DNA of 32,000 nucleotides from Flavobacteriaceae bacterium (GTDB taxonomy: Bacteria > Bacteroidota > Bacteroidia > Flavobacteriales > Flavobacteriaceae), in the NCBI GenBank assembly GCA_965224465.1, contig OZ245049.1, positions 2,190,001 through 2,222,000 on the forward strand, given 5' to 3'. Below the pieces are notes generated by a model. The model worked only from the letters and a program-made list of their open reading frames with translations. It searched no databases and was not told the origin of the DNA. The translations under genes were made by a program, and so were the position numbers. Positions 9,701 through 16,610 of this stretch are shown here, piece after piece; within the stretch, counting starts at the first letter, position 1, and the number at the start of each line of letters is the position of its first letter.

Positions 9701-11573
9701 ACTCTGAATGGATCGTCTCTAAGGTAGTAAGATCAACTATTGGCTGGCTAACATCATCTATAATTAGCTGTTGAATTTGTTTAGAAATATTTTTATTCCC
9801 ATCATTATAAATCCATGTAATTTGATACGTACCTTCGTCTTTTGTCAGACTAAATTTAAAATCTGTAGTCCCTATAATTTTTCCTTTACAATTATCTGTA
9901 GCCGTTGGTTTTTTAAGATCTGCCAATTCAATTTCGCATTCTAACCTGATAAGTGCTAAACTAGCTACGCTAGGTATTGGAGCTGTGACATCATTTATGA
10001 TTACTTTTTGGGTTTGTTGAAATGTATAAATAGAACTTGTATATTTCCATACGATTTCATGAACTCCTTGCCTTGTAAGTGGTTTTGTTAAGCTATTCGT
10101 AGCAGTTAATGTTTCTCCACTACAGTTATCCACAGCTGTTGGAGCTTTTAAATCTTCCAAATTAAACCTGCATGCTCCCGATAACACAGGTAACGTATTT
10201 TTATTAAAAGTAACACTCCCTTTAGTTGCATCTATATAACTTGCGGAAAAATCCTTTCTAAATCTATAAGTCACATTTCTAATATCCCTTAGCTTCACAC
10301 AACTGATCTTATTTAAGCGGCAATTTAAAACTGCCAAACGTAAAGCACTACTCACATCTAAGCTTGTTAAACTATTTGAAAAGCATTTTAAATTAGTTAA
10401 CTTTGGAAGGTTACTTACATTTAAGTAAGTCAATTCATTTGAAGAACAATCTAACAGCGCAAAAGAAACATAATTACTTACGTTTAAACTCGTCAACTTA
10501 TTTGAAGAACATTTCAAACTACGTAAATCTGCAAGGTTTTTTAAATCTAGCGTAGTCAATTTATTTGAAGAACAATCTAAGAAAAACAACTCAGTAAGAC
10601 CCCCTACGTTCAAGCTAGTTAAACTATTATTTTCACAATACACTCCGTACAAACTCTTAGCCCCATTTAGCATAAGCGTAGTCAACTTATTGTTACTACA
10701 TTTTAAAAAACCCAACTTAGTGAGACTACCTACATTCAAGCTAGTTATCCTGTTTTTTTCACAATTTAGTGAAGTCAAATTTTTAAGACTCCTAAGATCC
10801 AGGCTTGTTAAATAATTAGAGTCACATCTAAATTCCTTCAAACTAGTAAGACTGCTAACATCTAGAGTACTTAGTCTATTTTTATAACAATACAATTTTT
10901 CTAAACTACTTAAGCCTCTTAAATTAAGGCGAGACATCCCATTCTCTCCACAGCTCAAAAAAGTCAATTTAGAAAGCCCACTTAGATCTAAACTAGATAA
11001 ATTATCATCATAACAATACAATTTTTCTAAGTTTTTTAGATTTTTTAAATCTAGGCTTCTTAGATCATTCATACCACAAGACAATTCCGTCAGACGAGTA
11101 AGGGCACTCACATTTAAATTACTTAAATTATTAAACCTACAAGACAATTTGGTCAACTTAGTCAAGTGATTTACACTTAAACTATTCAAATTACTTACAG
11201 AACAATCTAATACGGTCAAGTTCTTAAGGCCTCTTAAATTTATACTGGTTAATTTTTTATTGCCAAAACAATCTAACACCGTTAAACGGGTAAGACTACT
11301 CACATCTAGCCTAGTAAAAGTATTATTTTTACACCTCAAAGTTGTCAAGTTTACAAATGCCTCTATCCCTTTTAACGATGAAATTTTCCTATATGAAACA
11401 TCCATTTCAGTTACGGTTTTAGCTTCCTCAAAAGAAATTTCATTATCTCCATTGGTATCAATATTTGGAGTCAGAAATAAGTATCTTCTAAAATTGGCAT
11501 CTGGAATATATACGTTTTGAGACCAACTACTCAAGGCTACAAAAAGAGTTAAAAAAAGTAAAATTTGTTTCAT
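6177..11573 (-). CDS. T9SS type-B cargo adhesin: signal peptide, Cys-containing 22-aa LRR solenoid, 16 HYR-like domains (14 near-identical), type-B C-terminal sorting domain (1798 aa)
   Basis: ATG at 11573 and signal peptide MKQILLFLTLFVALSSWSQ. The N-cap is IPDANFRRYL plus the Ca-loop-like DTNGDNEISFEEA. About 16 repeats fit L..L.C..N.L.SL[DN][VL]S.L. The stalk is built of 79-aa units carrying PTATDNCKG. The C-terminus GFSPNDDGINDTWTIDG...GAYYFIVEF...GWLYINY is a type-B sorting domain. Confidence 0.92.
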   Translation of the reverse strand: MKQILLFLTLFVALSSWSQNVYIPDANFRRYLFLTPNIDTNGDNEISFEEAKTVTEMDVSYRKISSLKGIEAFVNLTTLRCKNNTFTRLDVSSLTRLTVLDCFGNKKLTSINLRGLKNLTVLDCSVSNLNSLSVNHLTKLTKLSCRFNNLSNLNVSALTRLTELSCGMNDLRSLDLKNLKNLEKLYCYDDNLSSLDLSGLSKLTFLSCGENGMSRLNLRGLSSLEKLYCYKNRLSTLDVSSLTSLKEFRCDSNYLTSLDLRSLKNLTSLNCEKNRITSLNVGSLTKLGFLKCSNNKLTTLMLNGAKSLYGVYCENNSLTSLNVGGLTELFFLDCSSNKLTTLDLKNLADLRSLKCSSNKLTSLNVSNYVSFALLDCSSNELTYLNVSNLPKLTNLKCFSNSLTSLDVSSALRLAVLNCRLNKISCVKLRDIRNVTYRFRKDFSASYIDATKGSVTFNKNTLPVLSGACRFNLEDLKAPTAVDNCSGETLTATNSLTKPLTRQGVHEIVWKYTSSIYTFQQTQKVIINDVTAPIPSVASLALIRLECEIELADLKKPTATDNCKGKIIGTTDFKFSLTKDEGTYQITWIYNDGNKNISKQIQQLIIDDVSQPIVDLTTLETIHSECSIELADLEKPTATDNCKGKIIGTTDFKFSLTKDEGTYQITWIYNDGRGNVSKQIQQVIIDDITKPIVAVTTLETIHSECSIELIDLKKPTATDNCKGKIIGTTDFKFNLTKDEGTYQITWTYDDGRGNTSTQIQQVIIDDITPPIVTVTTLETIHSECSIELIDLKKPTATDNCKGKIIGTTDFKFNLTKDEGTYQITWTYDDGRGNTSTQIQQVIIDDITPPIVTVTTLETIHSECNIELVDLEKPTATDNCKGKIIGTTDFKFSLTKDEGTYQITWIYNDGRGNISTQIQQVIIDDITKPIAAITTLETIHSECSIELEGLEKPTATDNCKGKIIGTTDFKFSLTKDEGTYQITWIYNDGRGNVSKQIQQVIIDDSTKPILAVTTLETIHSECSIELADLEKPTATDNCKGKIIGTTDFKFNLTKDEGTYQITWTYDDEKGNVSKQIQQVIIDDSTKPILAITTLETIHSECEIELADLEKPTATDNCKGKIIGTTDFKFSLTKDEGTYQITWTYNDGKGNVSTQIQQVIIDDSTKPILAITTLETIHSECEIELADLEKPTATDNCKGGITGTTDFKFNLTKDEGTYQITWIYNDGRGNVSKQIQQVIIDDSTKPILAVTTLETIHSECSIELADLEKPTATDNCKGNIIGTTDFKFSLTKDEGTYQITWTYNDGKGNVSTQIQQVIIDDSTKPILAVTTLETIHSECSIELADLEKPTATDNCKGEIIGTTDFKFNLTKEEGTYQITWIYNDGRGNVSTQIQQVIIDDSTKPIVAVAALETIHSECSIELEDLKKPTATDNCKGEIIGTTDFKFSQTKEEGTYEIIWTYDDGRGNISTQIQQVIIDDITKPIATVTALETIHSECNIELTDLKKPTATDNCKGKIIGTTDFKFSLTKDEGTYQIIWNYDDGRGNISTQIQQLIIDDSTKPIVAVAALETIHSECEIELADLEKPAATDNCKGKIIGATDFIFSQTKEEGTYQITWIYDDGRGNSTTQTQRIIIDDITVPEADEDLLTITGQFDVRLTAPTATDNCVGTLTATTSDPVHYDEIGTFTTTWFFDDGRGNISSQTQIVIIGASVESHGFSPNDDGINDTWTIDGIETYKNCKVQVFGREGTKVYEKRGYKNTWDGYSNTGSNKKMMSGAYYFIVEFNKNGLKPISGWLYINY
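6670..9945 (-). repeat. In-frame tandem array, 237-bp period, ~13.8 units (79-aa HYR-like stalk units)
   Basis: Period measured directly: TACATTCTGA at 7091 and 7328; CTACATTCTG at 7801 and 8512 (= 3 x 237). There are 14 protein units with P[TA]ATDNCKG...QITW.Y.DG.GN...QIQQ[VL]IIDD...TLETIHSEC.IEL. Units 9004-9240 and 9241-9477 are identical. Confidence 0.95.
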
Positions 11574-11659
11574 TACACAAGCTATTATAAATTATAAACA
11601 TTAAAAACCGAAGGGGACGATTCATCATATAAAAATACAATAAGAAGCAACTATTTCAC

Positions 11660-11743
11660 CAAACAACACGATTACTTGTTGAAGTGCTGTTTTTTTAGCA
11701 TGAGAGCATGTGATTTCCTGTTTAAGCAACCTTTTAAAAACAG
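11660..11743 (-). promoter_or_regulatory. Conserved upstream/leader element, copy 2 (87-170 nt upstream of the cargo ATG at 11573)
   Basis: Homologous to 5947-6037, with the same 19-mer CAAACAACACGATTACTTG and the same CTGTTT...AAACAG pair. Confidence 0.4.
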
Positions 11744-11971
11744 AAAAAAGAGCAGAAAAGGTGATTATTTTGAGTAAAAAAGGCAACTGCGAATATTGCG
11801 TTGAACCCTTTTATAAATAGTAGACGCAGGAGTCAGGACTTCGAGATTCGAGTCTAAAAAAAAGGAAAAGTACCGTTTTATTATTCTAGAGAACTACGCG
11901 AAAAAAAGGGACAACGTTATTTTATAACACTACATCAAAAAACTCCTGATTTCCGAACAAAATGCGCCAAA

Positions 11972-14092
11972 CTAATCGGTAACTATAGGCACAGAAATAA
12001 CAACCTCAGTCCCTGCAACGATTCCATCTTTTACAACATCGTTTATTTCAAAACTGATGCTTGTTTTATACAAGGAATTATACAGTGCTATTTGTTTTCT
12101 ATTCAAATCAATTCCCTTTCCACTTTCCTGTCGCATATCCTTGGTGTTTTCTCTTCCTTTTTCCCGTCCAATACCATCATCTGTAATTTTGACCAAACAA
12201 GTTTCCATAGTTTTAATTGCCGAAATCACAATACATCCTTTGTTCTTTCTTCCTGTAAAAGCATGTTTAATTGCATTTTGAGCAAAATTCTGAACCAACA
12301 ACCTAGGAATCAAAACAGCTTTTAAACAACTGTTTTCATCGTGCTTAATTTCAAAATCAAAGGTCGTATTAAACCGCGTTTTCATCAAATTTAAAAAAGC
12401 ATCTGTAAATTTTAATTCCTGCTTCAAACTCCAAGCATTCGCATCCGCAAAAAACATACCCGCACGTAACATATTAGAAAAACTCGTCATTAAATCATAC
12501 GCCTCCATACGTTCTCCTTTTAATATTTTTGAAGAAACCGTGTTCAAGGCATTGAATGTAAAATGAGGATCCAATTGAGAGTTCACCAATTTTAATTGCA
12601 AACTTGAAATTTGGTATTGGAGCTTGTTTTTTTGCAAACTTCTATATTCTTTAAAATGCCGAACACCTAACAATAAAAACACAGCTAAAATATATACAGC
12701 TATAAACAACAAAAATCGAAAAGGATAATACGCACTTATACGCAACAAATACGTTTGTAATTTATGCCTATCCGTCACTTTTATAATTATTCCTAAATTA
12801 TTTTTTACGGACTGAAAATACACATTCCATGGACGAATATACAAGGGAGTTTTAAAATCCAATTGATATTGAAAATCATCTAAGATCAAACTCGTTTTAT
12901 TATTATACTGATGGTTTACGGAAAAAAAAGCTAGCTCATCCCCTGGTAAACTAACTTCTATCAAGGTAGAATTATTCACTTTAGATGTCAACTTATTTTG
13001 CAACAGTGCCATTTTCCGTGGACTGTATTCGTAGGTTTCATATAAATTATTTTGGATACAGTTTACCAAATATCGTTTTTCTCCCTTTACGGTAATCCCT
13101 ACCGCTTTCCAAATCACTGCTATATTTTTAACTGCTGATTTTTGAATAACTTGACCGTCAGCCATCGTTTTAATAATAAGTCCTTGTTCCTTACCATCAA
13201 CTGTACTTTTTATGTAAAAATGATATTGATTATCACACAAAATTGGACCATCTATAAATGCACCTTCCCCTTCAAAAGCAATTGGTTCGGAAACCAACTG
13301 TAGCTGATCGTCAAATACAAAAAGCCGCGCCACTTGATCTGGATACGGATACTCAAAATCTGTAGGGCAATTATCTGTTGCCAAGGTAGCACTATACAAC
13401 AGCATGTTCCCGTCCTTTAGTACAGGAGTCACATAATGTTGACTTCCTGTATTTATGGAAGACAAAAAAGTGTCTTCTACATAATTATATGCCATTAATT
13501 TCCGAGGATACAGCGCATAACCACCATTTATTGAAAAATACATTTCTTTTACCCCATCATTATTCGAATCATGATTGATAATAAAACGTATCACAAAGTC
13601 TTTATCTAGTCCTCCCTTACCAATTGTTGTCACAAAACGGGCTTTTAAAATCACTTTGTACCTAACAAGGTCTACCCCATTGATGAATATTGAATCATTT
13701 TTTTGAGTAAAGACAAAGAGTTCCTTTACTCCATCCTTATTCACATCGTTAAAAATAGGCATGTTTAGATCTTCCTGACTTGGAACATTTCCATAAAAAT
13801 TAAATTGACGCAGTAAAGATGTTTCATTTTCTCTGTACAAACATGCGGCAAACTTATTTCTATAATTCGTAATATCAAACCTCTCCTTAGAACCATCATG
13901 GTCTATATCCTCAAAAAAAGTCAATAATTTAGAGCGCTCTCTATTTTCTTCATGTACTAATTCTAAGGTATATTTACGAACAATAGCAGTCATAAATACA
14001 GCAGAAATAAGGGTTGGAATAAGCGCCAATACCCATATAGCTCTTTTTCTAGACAAGAAATCATAAAAAACAGTTGCCGTACTTTTAAACAT
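11972..14092 (-). CDS. Sensor histidine kinase, LytS/YehU-type core (His_kinase + HATPase_c) with a ~420-aa FG-GAP/VCBS-like extracytoplasmic domain
   Basis: TM helices at about aa 19-38 and 457-477. QLDPHFTFNALNTV is the phospho-acceptor box of the PF06580-type kinase family. N-box is NAIKHA, G-boxes are DDGIG and GKGI. Three D.[DN].DG.KE loops occur at aa 62-70, 116-124 and 175-183. The start overlaps the regulator stop by 8 nt. Confidence 0.85.
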   Translation of the reverse strand: MFKSTATVFYDFLSRKRAIWVLALIPTLISAVFMTAIVRKYTLELVHEENRERSKLLTFFEDIDHDGSKERFDITNYRNKFAACLYRENETSLLRQFNFYGNVPSQEDLNMPIFNDVNKDGVKELFVFTQKNDSIFINGVDLVRYKVILKARFVTTIGKGGLDKDFVIRFIINHDSNNDGVKEMYFSINGGYALYPRKLMAYNYVEDTFLSSINTGSQHYVTPVLKDGNMLLYSATLATDNCPTDFEYPYPDQVARLFVFDDQLQLVSEPIAFEGEGAFIDGPILCDNQYHFYIKSTVDGKEQGLIIKTMADGQVIQKSAVKNIAVIWKAVGITVKGEKRYLVNCIQNNLYETYEYSPRKMALLQNKLTSKVNNSTLIEVSLPGDELAFFSVNHQYNNKTSLILDDFQYQLDFKTPLYIRPWNVYFQSVKNNLGIIIKVTDRHKLQTYLLRISAYYPFRFLLFIAVYILAVFLLLGVRHFKEYRSLQKNKLQYQISSLQLKLVNSQLDPHFTFNALNTVSSKILKGERMEAYDLMTSFSNMLRAGMFFADANAWSLKQELKFTDAFLNLMKTRFNTTFDFEIKHDENSCLKAVLIPRLLVQNFAQNAIKHAFTGRKNKGCIVISAIKTMETCLVKITDDGIGREKGRENTKDMRQESGKGIDLNRKQIALYNSLYKTSISFEINDVVKDGIVAGTEVVISVPIVTD

Positions 14093-14804
14093 GCGTAAAC
14101 AACAAATTAAACTGACGAATAAACAATTGTGTTACAAGCAATACTTTTTCGTTCCCTTCATATTTCAAGGTACATTTCTTTGTTTTTTTATTAACTGAAG
14201 TAATAAAGTCAAAATTAACAATTACAGACCTATTTAATTTCACAAACAACTTAGAGCATAGTTTTTCTTTAAAAACTCCAATACTAGAAGTAGAGATCAC
14301 TTTGGAGCCATTTTTTAAATAAATAAAAGTATAACTCCCCTCTGCCTCGCAATACACAATATCACTAGGAGAAACCACAACGGTATCTGATTTAGATTTT
14401 ACAATTATTTTTTGAGGAAGTAGTTCTTTTTTAGAAGAGAAACAACCAATTAAATCGGCTATAGTTTTTTTTAGTTCCTCTCTCGATATCGGCTTGAGAA
14501 GATAATTAAACACATTTAATTTAATAGCCTCCATCGAATAATTATCAAAGGCAGTGACAATTACAACACTCACATTTGCATTGTATTTCCTTATTTTTGT
14601 AAGCAAATCAATTCCTGACAGTACAGGCATTTTTAAATCCATAAAAATTAGATCAACTTTGTTGTTCATCATCACAGGAAATACATCAATAGGATCGGAA
14701 ATTTTCTCTACAATATAAATCTCTGAATATTCACTCAAGAGAATTTCTAAGGAATCGAGTGCTTCTAACTCATCATCTACAAGAATCGTATTTATTTGGG
14801 GCAT
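14085..14804 (-). CDS. LytTR-family response regulator (receiver + LytTR DNA-binding domain)
   Basis: The receiver shows ILVDDE...DLIFMDLKMP...VTA. The C-terminal LytTR pattern is IIVKSKSDTVVVSPSDIVYCEAEGSYTFIYLKNGSKVISTSSIGVFKEKL...FVKLNRSVIVN. Confidence 0.9.
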   Translation of the reverse strand: MPQINTILVDDELEALDSLEILLSEYSEIYIVEKISDPIDVFPVMMNNKVDLIFMDLKMPVLSGIDLLTKIRKYNANVSVVIVTAFDNYSMEAIKLNVFNYLLKPISREELKKTIADLIGCFSSKKELLPQKIIVKSKSDTVVVSPSDIVYCEAEGSYTFIYLKNGSKVISTSSIGVFKEKLCSKLFVKLNRSVIVNFDFITSVNKKTKKCTLKYEGNEKVLLVTQLFIRQFNLLFTHV

Positions 14805-14825
14805 ATCTACAATTAATTATCAACC

Positions 14826-14833
14826 CAAATATA
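14826..14833 (-). promoter_or_regulatory. Candidate Bacteroidota -7 box (TATATTTG) for the two-component operon
   Basis: The reverse complement of CAAATATA matches the TAnnTTTG consensus 22-29 nt upstream of the regulator ATG (14804). This is a single short motif match only. Confidence 0.35.
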
Positions 14834-14899
14834 CTAAGTTATTACTTGCAAAGAACTATAAAAATACGTTTTTAAGTTATTTCAAACAATGCATATATT

Positions 14900-14936
14900 A
14901 AAATGCACCTATTTATAGGATAAATAGGTGCATTTT
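14900..14936 (-). terminator. Intrinsic terminator after the PorP/SprF gene (17-bp perfect stem)
   Basis: AAAATGCACCTATTTAT-AGG-ATAAATAGGTGCATTTT. On the minus strand the stem ends in a U-run (TTTTAATAT). It lies 33 nt downstream of the stop at 14969. Confidence 0.8.
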
Positions 14937-14968
14937 AACAATAATATGTTTATCTAGAATACGTTTAA

Positions 14969-15850
14969 CTACAAAAATCGAAACCTAAGTAGCGCCTCAA
15001 AAGTTCCCGTTCCTGTAAATTCGTTTGTTACCACTGTTGACTTTTCATAAGCCAAGCCCAATTGCATTTGATCTATTACTTTTAACATTGCAAATACAGA
15101 CACAGACTCATCAATTCGATAATTCACGCCTACATTCACTTTTTCAATAATATCAAATGCCGCAGAAACATCAAAGGCAGCTTCCGCTCCGTCTACATAG
15201 CGCATCATTAAAGAAGGTGTAAAAACTACTTTTTCTGACAATCGAACTATGTATCCTCCTCCTGCATATACGTGCAATTTATCTGTTGCTGCAACCGGTA
15301 CATTTCCTTCTTTTTCATAACGTTCACCACTTAAGAAATTGGGTGTAGAAACGGTCAAATAAAATTTCTCGTTTTTTAGGTACAGCCCAGCTCCCATGGT
15401 TGGATTAAAAAAGCTTTGGTTCTCTGCAAATAAGGGATCGTCCTTAACATTTGCCTTGGATAGGTCAATATTTATAAATGAGCCTCCCCCTTTTAAACCA
15501 AAATACAACAAGTAGTCATCATTTAACTTTATGTGGTACGAAAGATCCAATGTTACATCTGTTTCCTTTAACACAAACACTTCATCGTTTACAACAGAAA
15601 AACCAATTCCTAATTTATTTTTTAAGGGTTGACTATACGATACAAACTGCGTTTTTGGTGCTCCTTCTACCCCAACCCATTGCATGCGAAAACCCATGGT
15701 CAAATCACTGGAGTTAGAACTCCCAGCATACGCTGGATTCACCATATTTAAATTGTATTTATACAAGGTGTAATAAGGATCTTGTTGAGCTTGAAGACTG
15801 CTTGCCAAGAGCAGCACTATCAAAGCAGTTACTATATTTATTTGTTTCAT
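14969..15850 (-). CDS. PorP/SprF-family type IX secretion membrane protein (complete, 293 aa)
   Basis: MKQINIVTALIVLLLASSLQAQQDPYYTLYKYNLNMVNPAYAGS... It has a beta-barrel-like alternating pattern through to the C-terminal ...ALLRFRFL. It lies immediately downstream of a type-B cargo gene, as sprF does after sprB. Confidence 0.9.
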   Translation of the reverse strand: MKQINIVTALIVLLLASSLQAQQDPYYTLYKYNLNMVNPAYAGSSNSSDLTMGFRMQWVGVEGAPKTQFVSYSQPLKNKLGIGFSVVNDEVFVLKETDVTLDLSYHIKLNDDYLLYFGLKGGGSFINIDLSKANVKDDPLFAENQSFFNPTMGAGLYLKNEKFYLTVSTPNFLSGERYEKEGNVPVAATDKLHVYAGGGYIVRLSEKVVFTPSLMMRYVDGAEAAFDVSAAFDIIEKVNVGVNYRIDESVSVFAMLKVIDQMQLGLAYEKSTVVTNEFTGTGTFEALLRFRFL

Positions 15851-16101
15851 TTTTATTGTTTTATTTGTTTTTTGATGATTTACACCAATTAAAATCCAAA
15901 ATAACCGATATAAATAGTTTGTTTTACGTTCTAGCTAGCTAAAACAAAAAATAATTCCATTGCTAAACCATCACTTGGAAATTTAATTGGCTAAATCAAT
16001 CGAGCTGATGCTATAATTTTATCTTATTAATCATTAATTTTTCGGGTAATAATACCTTGAGTCCTGAAGCAATTTCCTCAATGCTCCTTCTTCAACACTA
16101 A

Positions 16102-16610
16102 CTAATAATTAATATACAACCAACCTGTTTTTGGTTGTTTTCCGTTTTTATTAAACTCGATAATAAAGTAATAAGCACCAGACATCATTTTTTTATTAGA
16201 ACCCGTATTTGAATAAGCGTCCCATGTATTTTTGTATCCGATTTTCTCATATACTTTGTGTCCTGAACGACTAAACACTTGTACTTTAGAATTTTTAAAG
16301 GCTTCTATTCCATCTATTGTCCAAGTATCATTAATTCCGTCATCGTTTGGAGAGAAACCGTGACTTTCCACCAATGTACTAATAATTACTGTTTGCAATT
16401 GGCTGCTAATATTCCCATGACCATCATCAAAAATCCATGTAATGGTATGTGTTCCTGACTGATTATAATGCATAGGATCTGTGGTTGTCGCAATCACTGT
16501 TCCTACACAATTATCGGTAGCCGTTGGCGCAATTAAGGTTACATCAGACTGACCAGAAATAGTTAGTAAATCCTCATCCGCTTCAGGTGCGGTTACATCT
16601 TCTATAATTA
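16102..16610 (-). repeat. Shared 3' cassette, copy 3 (more diverged)
   Basis: It encodes EDVTAPEADEDLLTISGQSDVTLIAPTATDNCVGT...ESHGFSPNDDGINDTWTIDGI...GWLYINY, colinear with copies 1 and 2 but with visibly more substitutions. Confidence 0.75.

Noticed and set aside
6670-9945. The regularly spaced repeats could be mistaken for a CRISPR array.
   Set aside because: The period is 237 bp with no unique spacers. The units are contiguous, in frame and translate into a conserved protein domain inside a 1798-aa ORF. No cas genes are present.
11836-11860. A TTCGAGTC word resembling a tRNA T-loop, next to an A8 run.
   Set aside because: No complementary T-stem, acceptor stem or anticodon arm can be drawn. 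As a terminator, the U-run is on the wrong side of the weak hairpin for either strand.
13367-13381. The kinase sensor domain contains ATDNC, the same pentapeptide that marks every stalk domain of the cargo proteins.
   Set aside because: Only five residues match (about 11 nt plus shared codon usage), and the flanking sequence shows no further similarity. This is most likely coincidence, and only a structure or profile comparison could revive the idea.
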